A stretch of 63,240 bases of DNA, filler included, from Pirum gemmata (GCA_002812295.1; 29 parts of 29 records of this genome joined end to end with filler, not necessarily neighbours in it), one strand, 5' to 3'. Positions 26,767-38,381 are shown, counted from the whole stretch's first letter. Numbers and translations: made by a program. Notes: generated by a model not told the origin, from the letters alone.

Positions 26767-26992
26767 AATAATGCTTTTACTGATTAAAGGAAATGGATGG
26801 GATTACAAAACTGAGGTAAAGCGCTGGGTAGATAATGGAAAAAATACAAATGATGAATCTTTTATTAATGGAGTAAGTGGCATTGTTAATAGAGGCTGTC
26901 ACAATCCACCTTGTCCAGGTGGTATTGGGGATACAGATGGTAAAAAGGAAAGGGCAAACAATTTTAAAAAAATTATTGAAGCTATCTTTTGA
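26393..26992 (+). CDS. GH19-like (diatom-type) chitinase, last two exons (26393-26596, 26790-26992)
   Basis: IQLSGICNFGKLNYYLGKRA...YPDVDFC.NPE.IC...LKWISG and GWDY...FINGVSGIVNRGCHNPPC...ER.NNFKK recall the chitinase-like family I know from diatoms; consistent splice phases; TGA stop. Confidence 0.75.
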
Positions 26993-27387
26993 AAATATTG
27001 CTATTCATATTAAAATATAAAATGGATTCACAGTACTACACCGTGTTCATAAAAAGAACAATATATTATCAAAAGTTTAAATTTTTCCGACAAATATCTA
27101 TTTTGATTTAATTAATAAAGATCTTAAAAATAAAGATTGTACACAATAGTCTAGTTCTTTCACATTTACAAAGGGTTAGGGTTAGGGTTAGGGTTAGGGT
27201 TAGGNNNNNNNNNNNNNNNNNNNNNNNNNNNNNNNNNNNNNNNNNNNNTTAATTAATTAANNNNNNNNNNNNNNNNNNNNNNNNNNNNNNNNNNNNNNNN
27301 NNNNTAAAACTAAAAGCATATAATTAAATTTTATTCAATGCCTATTTCAAAGAAACAAACAATTTATTACCATTGTTATTGAAAATC

Positions 27388-27419
<32 letters not shown>

Positions 27420-27766
27420 CATTATCGATATCATTATCATTATCATTATCATTATCATTATCATTAATTATCGATATCATTATTATTAATAATATCATTG
27501 CATTATTTGTTTATTTGTTTATTGTTAGGTTAGGAGTATTACGATTACTTGTATTATAAAAGTATAATCGATATTTATTTGTACTTATCAATCATCAATC
27601 ATCAATATGCAATATTAACAACAATCAACAATCAACAATCAACAATCAACAATCAACAATCAACAATCAACAATCAACAATCAACAATCAACAATCATCA
27701 AATCAACAATCAACAATCAACAACCATCAATTAAAAAAAAACAAAAAACAAAAAACAAAAAGCATC

Positions 27767-28833
27767 ATGAGTACTAATACAAGTCATTTCTTCGAATTAT
27801 ATCCACTAAACATTAATTTAGTACAGTACGCGAACTACAACAACGACTTAACCTTTTCCGTTCTTATCTTAATATGCGGCTTGTTAAGTTTATACAGATA
27901 CAAAAACAGAGGTTTATATCAACATGCTTTTTACGCTTGTAGTATATTTGGTGCTCTCCTTGTATTTATTTCTTCTGTTTTGTTCTACTCTACCAGCAAG
28001 AAGGCCCCATGGTCAGTTCCAAGTCAGATTATGCTTTATACATACGGTTACGGTACAATCTTTTTGGATTTAGGTTTTTCTTTTCTAGTGATCGGTTTAA
28101 AGTGTATTCATCGTCAATTAGCATTAAAGAGCAAAAGATTTGAGTACTACTGGCTATTCTTTAACCTTACCGAAATTATTATTTTCACAATACTATTAGT
28201 AACACAAACAAAACTTTATACGAAATCAAGATTAGGCTGGTTTACTATCTTAGTAGCTACTTGTGGTATTTTTAATTGTATTTTTTACTGGGTATTGTGT
28301 TTTACCAAGTTCGTAAGTTTGCCAAAAAGACTGTTCATTTCACTTACAGTAATGCCCAAAACTTAAACAAAATATGTCAACGACTAGGGGCGTTTTGTGT
28401 TATGTATACTTTATATATCTCGTTTTATCAGTTTTCTTCATTGGCAGTTTTAATTGATAATTGTGATTCCTTCTCTGAAAATTGGATGTATGTGCATAGT
28501 TTAGGTATGTGTAATATTCCAGTTTTTCGCTTCTTAGCTTTTTTCACTGCCGCACTGAACTTTAATCCTTACCTTTTTGAATTTTTCAATAATGTTACTT
28601 CTCCGATGGGTTTTGATTCTGCTACAATGGGAACCAATAGTCAAATCTTTGTTGCTACAGGTGGTGGATCTATGTTATTAAATAAAACTAATATGAACAC
28701 TATTATTTCCACTTCTGGTTCTTCTAGTAACAAAACTAATAGTAATGGTAAAATGAAAAACAGTGAAGATAGTTTTACAAAACCACTTACTGCTAGTAAT
28801 GCTGCTGATATTGTTGCTACTATAAGTTGTTGA
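27767..28833 (+). CDS. Intronless seven-transmembrane (GPCR-like) protein with a one-base frameshift at a T6 run (28281-28286)
   Basis: Two overlapping ORFs fuse if one T is added, giving seven hydrophobic segments, NPYLF after TM7 and a S/T/N-rich tail. Confidence 0.65.
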
Positions 28834-29219
28834 TGATACTGAAATAAGATTTACCAAATTCGCAATATTGCTACTATAAGTTGTTGATAATATTCAAAAA
28901 AAAAAAAAAATGCCAATATTTTTCTCTTTTTGCGTTTTTCAAAAATATTAAAGCTAATATTAATTACTTCTCCTACTATGGGTTTTGATTAAGGAGCGTT
29001 CAAGAAAAATGGAGGACAACAGTTACTACCTGTATTTTTCGCATGGTATGTCTGCTGTGACAATTGCAAAAATTTTAATAAAGATATTATTAATATATAT
29101 TATTATTATTATTATTATTNNNNNNNNNNNNNNNNNNNNNNNNNNNNNNNNNNNNNNNNNNNNTTAATTAATTAANNNNNNNNNNNNNNNNNNNNNNNNN
29201 NNNNNNNNNNNNNNNNNNN

Positions 29220-29266
<47 letters not shown>

Positions 29267-29537
29267 GACTTACCACTACCACTTCTACTTCTACTACTAC
29301 TACTACTACTACTGCTACTACTACTACTACAACTACAACTACAACTACAACTACAACAACTACTACTCCCACTTCCTCTACTACTATTACAACTACAACT
29401 ACAACAACTACTACTCCCACTTCTTCTACCACCACTACTACAACAACAACTACTACAACTACAACTACTACTTCTACTACTACTACCATAACATACTATT
29501 ACAACTACAACTATTATTATTATTATTATTAATATTA

Positions 29538-29987
29538 TTGACTGGAACTATAACCACCTACACAGCTATGCTTATTAATCAAATTCCTGCGGATCAGCCA
29601 CAACCACAAGGACAGCAACCCACACAAGAAACTGGGAAACAAAACCTAGAGTACCCGTTAATGGCTACTAATCAAATACTTTGGGATAAACTAAGATTTA
29701 ATAATGGTTCTTTTGAAATAGTAAACGATTAAAAAAGCCCCGATCTGTAATTCGCTCATTTGAAAACCTTTATTGGTGTTGAAATAAGCCTTTCTGATAG
29801 TTGCAAGCCTGAAAATCTTCAATTTGGAGTTTTTTTTAACACAACTAGCCCATTTAAGTCCCATTTACCTGCCAATTTACGATATACATTCTTTATAATT
29901 TTATTAATATTATTAATATCGAACATTCGACTTGACGCTACGCCCGAAAAATATGCAATTTTCGGAGAAGCTTATTTGAATTTATAG
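29538..29987 (+). pseudogene. Degenerate coding-like segment of unknown identity
   Basis: One frame continues through two TAA stops (29730, 29748) with protein-like composition. Confidence 0.35.
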
Positions 29988-30370
29988 CTGCGTGTTTTTT
30001 TTTTAATTATTATAAATAACCAAAAAAATTATTTATTGGTTACAAACGACTTAAATTATATTCATTGACTATATTTAAAAATGAAATGGAAAGCTGTCAA
30101 ATTAATATTTATTGGATTTGACGATTTTTTAACATTTAATTTTCTTTTTTTTTTATTTATTTTATTTTTTTTTTTTTTTTTTTTTTTTTATTTGTTTTTT
30201 TTAAGTTTTTAGTAATGGTTTACATACAAAATTTAGATTTGATTCGAGAAATTAAAAAATTATAGGTTACTTCATCGAATTTTTTCATAACCGAGTTATC
30301 AGACTGCTCAAAAAAAAAAATGAATGAGTGCGGCTCGAATTTTTTCGAATGAGTGACCGAAGTGGTGAAG

Positions 30371-30598
30371 GGAGATGCGGGAACCCCCATCGAATTGAGA
30401 CTATTTCGAAATTTTCGAAATTTTTCGATCTAATTTTTAAGTATTGACTCACTTTTGATGTCATTAAAAATTCTTTAAATTTCTTAGAAATTCCATAGAA
30501 AAATTTGAAGCTTAAAAAAAAAAGAATTCATTTCAAAATTGTGACTATTTAATAATTAGATCGAGCTGTTTGATTCGATTATGTTTTCCCGTATCTCC
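30371..30598. mobile_element. MITE family D (TIR GGAGATGCGGGAA...TTCCCGTATCTCC)
   Basis: 13-bp TIR with one mismatch; reverse copy at 38079-38381; end fragment near 59650-59696. Confidence 0.85.
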
Positions 30599-31319
30599 AA
30601 GGGCTCTTGAAGGAAAAGAAAGTGTATGACTGTCTACTATTTATGAAACTTATATTAAAGTAATTATTATTAATATAATATTAGTTATTGATATTTATAA
30701 TGAATAATAAAGACATATAGTAGAAAGGGAATAGAAAAGCAAATAAATAAAATAATAATACAGGGTTAGGGTTAGGGTTAGGGTTAGGGTTAGTTATTTG
30801 GAAAGTAAAAATTGCGAGTTTTTTTGAGACTTTCATTAACTATTTAATGACGTCATACGTACCTCTCATTTATCTTTTTTTATTTTAGTAAAAACGCACT
30901 AACCAACGTTATAATTAGCATACTCTTTTTTTTACTATCCGAGGTCAGTGCATTGTAAAAAGTAATGGTTTACATACAAAACTTAGATTTGATTCGAAGT
31001 TTTGGTTTATTCCAAAATGACAGAAAAACTTAATACCATATTTACTGAGGAACAAATCGGAAGCAAATGTTATCCTCAGAAAGATTTCCAAGGACATTTT
31101 CTGTTTACAGGAACTTCATGGTTTACTTTGAAATTATTATTATTATTATANNNNNNNNNNNNNNNNNNNNNNNNNNNNNNNNNNNNNNNNNNNNTTAATT
31201 AATTAANNNNNNNNNNNNNNNNNNNNNNNNNNNNNNNNNNNNNNNNNNNNATTATTCTTTCTGCAGCTACTTTTGCTGATGGTCGTATTAGCATATTTAG
31301 TGGTGTAGATGATAAATAT

Positions 31320-31973
31320 TTAAACACGGCTATAATCCTCACGATAATTTTTAAACACGGCATCTTTTCGAAAATTACAATAGATATTACTTTTCCTGGA
31401 TCGAAATCTAATATTGAAATAGTACTTTTTGATTTGTTTTTGTTGTTTTATAATAGCTACAATATTTCGATACGCTTTATCCATTGTTGAGTAACAATAC
31501 ATGTTCATTTCAGTTATTTCATTTTGTTTCTGATTTCTGTTTTCTTTTTTTATCATAACATCTTTTAATTCTTTTAAAACCTCTTTTTTATTAACATCAA
31601 ATAAACATATATTGGGAAGTTTTTTCTTTTTATGTTTTGTTTGGTATTTCATTTTATTGATTTTCTTTTGTTGTTTCTTATATTCTTTTTTTTGTTCCCT
31701 GGATAATTTTTTATATTTCTTTTCACTTAAAACATGATTCTTTTGAAGTTTAGCTTTATATTCATTATACTTTTTTTGTTTGTAGTTATTATAATTTTTA
31801 ATAGAATTAATTGATTTTTGTTGTAAATAATGTACACCTATATTATAAGTCACATTATAAAGCTTACCAAGTTGGATTAAATAATTTTCGAATTTCATTT
31901 GTAGTAAATATTTATTATGTTTCCTGACAACTCTCTTGAACATTTTGGTTACCTGTATATTTTCGATTTCCAT
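31320..31973 (-). pseudogene. tnpB: TnpB/Fanzor2-like ORF, N-terminal half only (no RuvC visible)
   Basis: ATG overlaps the TnpA 3' end; LGKLYNVTYNIGVHYL resembles the G..R..YN helix and YFNIRFRSRKS the F.(M/I)KFRSKK motif of TnpB/Fanzor2; TAA stop ~70 bp before the contig end. Confidence 0.65.
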
Positions 31974-32559
31974 ACAGTTTTGAAGAGAATGAATGAGTGA
32001 CTGCCAACAAGTCTTCAATGAGTTCTTCGTTTGGGGGTTTACAGGATTGGTGAGTTTTGTCGTTGATAATATGCAATTTAACTTGGTTTTGTTTACAGAT
32101 GTATTCAAACCATTCGAAACCAAACCTTGTAATACGGTCTTTATGTGTAATTGTAACATCGGATATTTTCCCCATAGAAATGTCTCGTACTAAGGATTGT
32201 AATCTATTCCGTTTAAAGTTAAGAGCCGAACTGATTTCAGCATACATTTTTCCTTCGGGAAATTCCTGAAGGACAAACTGCTTTTGACGTTCAAGATCGT
32301 CTCGTTGCTTGTTGGAATTGACTCGACAGTAGATGGCTCTATACTTTCGGGGAGGGTTGGGGATGGTTTTGGTTGAAAGAAATTGTTCAGAAGCGGTTGC
32401 TTCATTTTCGGTTTTATTATTTGTTTGTTCTTCGACCCAATATATTGTGTGTTTTCCGGGTGTAAGGACCAAAGAAATTTTTTTTTGGTTTGCCCATTTT
32501 TTAAGCGTTGCTGAATGAACACCGTATCTTTTACTTTCTTCGACTGGTGTAACATACAT
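31915..32559 (-). CDS. tnpA: IS607-family serine recombinase/transposase TnpA (probably inactive)
   Basis: MerR-like HTH (YGVHSATLKKWANQKKI...TPG.H), YCRVNS..QRDDLERQ, S.LNFKR, HKDRITRFGFEWFE, EELIEDLLAVTHSFSSKLYG.RKY. Confidence 0.93.
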   Translation of the reverse strand: MYVTPVEESKRYGVHSATLKKWANQKKISLVLTPGKHTIYWVEEQTNNKTENEATASEQFLSTKTIPNPPRKYRAIYCRVNSNKQRDDLERQKQFVLQEFPEGKMYAEISSALNFKRNRLQSLVRDISMGKISDVTITHKDRITRFGFEWFEYICKQNQVKLHIINDKTHQSCKPPNEELIEDLLAVTHSFSSKLYGNRKYTGNQNVQESCQET

Positions 32560-33077
32560 TTTTTTTTTTTTTGAGAAAATTCTTCTTTTTATATGTGTTT
32601 TTCATTTCTTTAAATTAAAAAAATTATTATTTTTTAAAAAAATAATAATTATTTTATTTTCCAATTCATTTCATAATATATATAATGGATTGGAAATTAT
32701 TTTAATATATTTGATTTTTTGGTGCTGGGATTACGCATTCTATAAATCGTTACTTTTTGAAATGAATAAGAAAATGTCAACTTCTTCTTGACTGCGCAAT
32801 CCCAGGAAGAATGTCAGGGAACTAAAGCTTACTAATGATAATTGTTACCAAAATTTTTATTATAACATTGTACGAGAAACGCTATTAAGAATGAACGAAC
32901 AATGAAAATAATAGTAATTATTGTGCTAGTACTACGTTAGCTGATGTATTTGGTTGTTTAGGTGATAATACCAATAAATTGAACACGGCTCACTAAAGAC
33001 AATTCTTCAGATACCAAGTAAGTATATATTCTTTCACACTAGTATTTAATGTAACATTATCATTATTATCATTATTA

Positions 33078-33130
<53 letters not shown>

Positions 33131-33147
33131 TAAAAAAAAAAAGGTTA

Positions 33148-33224
33148 AAAGAATAATGAGTGAGTTAAAAGATAATGATTCTAATTCTTGGAATCATTAT
33201 CTTTGAACTCACTCATTATTCTTT
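33148..33224. repeat. Near-perfect hairpin, 34-bp arms, 9-nt loop
   Basis: aaagaataatgagtgagttaaaagataatgattc / gaatcattatctttgaactcactcattattcttt, one mismatch. Confidence 0.9.
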
Positions 33225-35545
33225 NNNNNNNNNNNNNNNNNNNNNNNNNNNNNNNNNNNNNNNNNNNNTTAATTAATTAANNNNNNNNNNNNNNNNNNNN
33301 NNNNNNNNNNNNNNNNNNNNNNNNTTATTATTATTATAATGATAATAATAATAATAATAATATTCATTATTACCTAAATTTGCGTTAGCACACGTGTGAA
33401 TTGAATTAAACAGTTTGTGAAGTCATCATCGTTCCCTCGTGGTTACAACAACTTTTCCAGTCATTAACTCTTCAATTTACCCATAGATATATATTAATAG
33501 GGTTAGGGTACATCACAAAGTTAGAACAGGCGGAGGAATATACACAAATTAATTGTTTATTCCAATAAAAACAAAAAAAATAATAATTGAAGCAAATGAA
33601 ACAGAAATTACATAATATTATATATTGTTAAAGCATTTTCCAGCAAACCTCACTAAAGAGTTTTTAAAAGTTTTCTTAAAACCCCAAAATTAATACCCCA
33701 ACTAATTAAATATAAAAACTTCATGTAGGTTAGGGTGAGAGCAAGGTCATGATCAGGGTTACGATTAGGATTAATTTTAAGGTTAGGGTTAGGGTTAGGG
33801 TTTAGGGCTGTTTAGTTTTAGGTTTGGGGTTAGGGTTAATTAAGGTTAACTGTTAAGGTTAGGTTTAAAGTTAAAAGGTTAGGGTTAGGGTTATGGTTGT
33901 GATTAAGGTGAGGATTAGGATTAGGGTAACAACTGTTAGCGTTAGGATTCGGATTAGGAAGTGTTTGGGTAAGGACCTGTTAGGATGAAAGTCTAGCTAG
34001 CTAGCTAGCTAGTAGAGAATGCTAATAATAGAGTTCAGAGAATAGAGTGCATCTGTGCTAATTCTGTGGCCATCTATATATTCAAACTTATGTTTGCTAT
34101 ACCCAATACTATAATAATAAACCATATTATTTACTTAACCTTTTTCCATATTATTATTCCTATATCAATAGTATGGACAACATATATTAAAATTGATACT
34201 ATTATAAAATTAAAGGTGTTTATTAATAAAATTGACAAAGAAAAACTAAAATTATTTTCTTGTTGTAGAAATTTTATATGAATAAATTTTCACTTTCAAA
34301 TAAGATTATATTATTTTTTCTCTTTTTTCACTTTTTCATAGACTACATTCCTCTGTCACTTACAACTTACCCAATTGACATAATATGCTACCTATTTGTT
34401 ATTCGGAACCAAAATTATATCCATAATTTGACTTATATCTCATCTGTAGACGTCTATAGTCTCGATCGAACCACTTGTTCAAAAGTCCAAAAAGTACTCA
34501 AAAGTTATACTATTTTTGGGTATACTATTTTTGAGAATCGTTGACTCGTTGGTTGTTGGGCAACCACTGTTGAACGATATAGTAAATTAGAGTTAAAAAT
34601 TAGTCTACTATTATGAATCCAATCTAGTATTCTACTGGTTTATAATCTTTAGATTTCAATTACGCAAGTAGTGGAATCGGATTTCTCAAAATAGCTGGAT
34701 TTGATTGCTTTTTTTTTCATATTTGGTCATATATTTTTTATTTTTTTTTATTTTTTTTTTATATTATAATAATATTATAGTATAATATTATTATAAATAT
34801 CATTATATTTTTCTAGCATAGTATAGTATAGTATCATATTAAGCAAGTATATTTTCATGTTGATCAAATAAAGTAAAACGGATGACCATATAGATAGTTG
34901 ACACCACTCCTGTAGAGGTCTAGAGAAAAGATGTTAATACCTTGTAGTTTAGTAGATAATGGATCATACATGTACGCTATAGTAATGAAAATTTCTGTAA
35001 TTACTTCTATATCTATAGAGTTCTATAGAATAGTCTTATAAAGATTGTTACAGACTGTCATAGTCTAGCAAAGCTATTCCTTTGTTGCTTGTTATTCGTT
35101 TGTTGCTTGTTGTTTAATGTTTGTTGCAATTGTGTGTTGTGCGTTGTGTGTTGTATGCTGTGTGTTGTGTGTTGTTTGTTGTTTGTTGTTTGTTGCAATT
35201 GTTAAAATTTGTTGTTTGTTGTTTGTTGTTTGTTGTTTGTTGTTTGTTGTTTGTTGTTTGTTGTTTGTTGTTTGTTGTTTGTTGTTTTGTTGTTTATTNN
35301 NNNNNNNNNNNNNNNNNNNNNNNNNNNNNNNNNNNNNNNNNNTTAATTAATTAANNNNNNNNNNNNNNNNNNNNNNNNNNNNNNNNNNNNNNNNNNNNTA
35401 TTATTATTATTATTATTGTTGTTATTGACTATTATTGTTACTTTTATTATTATTACTGTTTATTACTGTTTATTATTGTTTTTTATATTTATTTATTAAT
35501 TTTTATTTCTTTTTTATATTCATTAAAAAAAAAAAAAAAAAACAG

Positions 35546-36196
35546 ATTCCTTGGGATTACACTGAAAGTTTGAAATTCCCAGTATGTAATCCGGGCTTTT
35601 GTGAAGTTCCACAATTTGGCCAATATGAATTTTTCGACGAAGCACCAAGCTTTGCTCCTAATGACGTAAACCTTTGTCGTAGTAAAAACTCTTTATACAA
35701 AAATGAACCTCTTTATTTAGCTGCCCCTGCTTGTGAACCAATGTTGTATGTGATGTCTAAAGCCTGGGGCGAGGATTACCGTATTGCCTTCAAAAAATAT
35801 GTTACAAATGGTTTCCAAAACAAGGAGCAAGTATTTCAGGATAACTTAGCAGTGGAACAAAAACCTTGGGTGGAAAAATTTGCTAAACAAGGTGGTTTAC
35901 CAGCCGTTTCGGATTGGGAGAAAGATAAGCTTTTGAAAAGAGGTAGAGCTTTTGATACGGGGACAGCCCTAGTTGAACTTAACGGTTTCGTAGATATTCC
36001 TGTTGTAACTACTTCCACTACTCAACCAAGCACAAGCACAAGCACAAGCACAAGCACAAATACCAACACAGACACACCATCAGACCCTGACAATAACGGT
36101 GAGGAAAATGGCAACGCAAACCCTGGAACTGGGGAACGTTTAGTATTTTCAATGTTGGTGCATTTGTGTTTATTGTGCTTTTTCTTGATTAATTAA
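35546..36196 (+). CDS. Terminal exon of a probable GPI-anchored or C-terminally anchored surface protein
   Basis: aacag| acceptor; Cys-containing domain, S/T stalk, short hydrophobic C-terminus (LVFSMLVHLCLLCFFLIN). Confidence 0.7.
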   Translation: MPWDYTESLKFPVCNPGFCEVPQFGQYEFFDEAPSFAPNDVNLCRSKNSLYKNEPLYLAAPACEPMLYVMSKAWGEDYRIAFKKYVTNGFQNKEQVFQDNLAVEQKPWVEKFAKQGGLPAVSDWEKDKLLKRGRAFDTGTALVELNGFVDIPVVTTSTTQPSTSTSTSTSTNTNTDTPSDPDNNGEENGNANPGTGERLVFSMLVHLCLLCFFLIN

Positions 36197-36423
36197 AATT
36201 AGTGCACATGCTTTGCTCTCGTAAACCTTATGTAATTGTAATTATTTCCAATTTACATAGTCGCCGTAGTAATACTATATTAATAGTAATAATATAGTCA
36301 TAGTAAAACATAACGATAGTTGTATTGTAAAATATAAATCATCCATAATCTAGTGAATTAAAGTCAATATTAATTAATAATTGCCCAGATAACTTTTTAT
36401 TGATTGTTTTTATTGTTATATTA

Positions 36424-36616
36424 TCGTGCTTTTCAGTAGTTTTGTCATTATAAAATATACAATAAATATAGTACCAAATTAATACTATATAAATCCATTG
36501 CATTTAATTTTGTATACTTTATTATCTATTTATTCATTTTTAAAAAGGTCAATTTAATTAAATATCATAATCAACCAAATAAATATTCAGAGCGACAAAA
36601 TAAATGAAAAGCACGA
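36424..36616 (-). mobile_element. MITE family A full copy with TA flanks
   Basis: TA|TCGTGCTTTTCA...TGAAAAGCACGA|TA. Confidence 0.9.
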
Positions 36617-37574
36617 TATTAATCAAACATTGCCAACTGTTGTATTTCAACATGCATTTTTATACATTATGATACAAACAATATAAATGCCATTGTGTGT
36701 ACAGCAACAACAACAAAAACAACAAATTTAAACAACTACAATTTTTTAATTAAACAGCAACAATTTTTTTTAAACAACAATAAATTTAATTTAAACAACA
36801 ACAAATTTAAACAGCAACAAATTTAAACAGCAAATTTGAATATTAAAATAACAACAAACAACAACAAACAACAACGAACAACAACGAACAACAACGAACA
36901 ACAGCAAGCAACAAAAATCTTAAGTGACAACAAATTTAAACAACAACAATCAACATGTATTAATACAATAAACAACAACAAACAACAACAAACAAAAAGC
37001 AACAACAACAAACAACAACAACAAATAACAACGTTAACATGAAAAACAAACAACAACAAACATCAGCAAACTATTATGTTATACAACAAACAACATTGAC
37101 AGCAAACTATAACAAACACGGCACAACTATATATGCATATAGAATAAATCGTAGTTGAAAATTTGAGTTTGGCTGCTGTTTGCTGATTTTGCTGAAACAC
37201 TAGTACTGCTTACCCGACATGCTAACCCTATAAAACAACCCTAATCCTAAGTTCCCTAAACCTAGCTAGCTAGCTAGCCCTATTATAATAAATGATAACC
37301 TAACCCTAACCCTAACCCTAACCCTAACCCTAACCNNNNNNNNNNNNNNNNNNNNNNNNNNNNNNNNNNNNNNNNNNNNTTAATTAATTAANNNNNNNNN
37401 NNNNNNNNNNNNNNNNNNNNNNNNNNNNNNNNNNNCTACTACTACTACTACTGCTGCTGCTACTACTACTACTGCCACTACTACTACTACTACTACTACT
37501 ACTAGTACTACTAGTACTACTACTAGTACTAGTGCTAGTACTAGTACTAGTACTAGTACTACTTCTACTTTAAC

Positions 37575-38075
37575 CCATGCCGAAAAAATTGCGAAATCCG
37601 CCTTATGAGCATAAAATCTGACGAAATCTTAAAATCCTCCAATTTTAATTAATGAAAGAAAGTACTATCGAAATTTCAGAAATCATCTAAGAAAACTATT
37701 ATGAACCAATGACCAGTTTTTAATAATAATTTGGCTAGTTCAAAATCTGACAAAACCTTAAAATCTTCTAATCTTAAAATCCTCCAATTTTAATGAAAGT
37801 AGGGTTAGGGTTAGGGTTAGGGTTAGGGTTAGGGGTTAGGGTTAGGGTTAGGTCAAAATTTTTGAAATCGTCTAACTAAGAAAACTCTATTTTTGCTCTA
37901 TTATAATCCAATGGCCAGTTTTTAATAATAATTTGGCTAGTTCAAAATCTGACGAAATCTTAAAATCCTCCAATTTTTAATGAAAGTACTATTAAAAAAT
38001 TTCAGAAATTGTCTAAATAAGAAAACTCTTATTATGCACCAATGGCTAGTTTTTAGTAATAATTTGGCTTGTTAG
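37575..38075 (+). repeat. Tandemly amplified family C-like interior (~3 units), one interrupted by TTAGGG
   Basis: aaaatctgacgaaatcttaaaatcctccaatttt...tattatgaaccaatggccagttttt repeated. Confidence 0.7.
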
Positions 38076-38078
38076 CAT

Positions 38079-38381
38079 GGGGATACGGGAAAACATAATC
38101 GAATCAAACAGCTCGATCCTAATTATTAAATAGTGACAATTTTGAAATGATTTATATATTTTTTTGAGTTTCAAGTTTTTTCTATGAAATTTTTTAAGAA
38201 TTTTTTATTACATTTTAAGAAATCAAAAGTGAGACAATACTTGAAATTAGATCGAAAAATTTCGAAAGTTTCGAGCTAGTTTCTGTAGTTTTAAGTTTTA
38301 TCCGGCGGTGGTTTTTTTAAAATCGAAAAATTTCGAAAGTTTCGAGCTAGTCTCGATTCGATGGTTTTTCCCACATCTCCC
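38079..38381. mobile_element. MITE family D copy
   Basis: Reverse match to 30371-30598, with an internal insertion/duplication. Confidence 0.8.

Noticed and set aside
33370..33480. Minus-strand peptide GKVVVTTRER**LHKLFNSIH resembling an integrase zinc-binding region
   Set aside because: Too short and stop-ridden to support a call.
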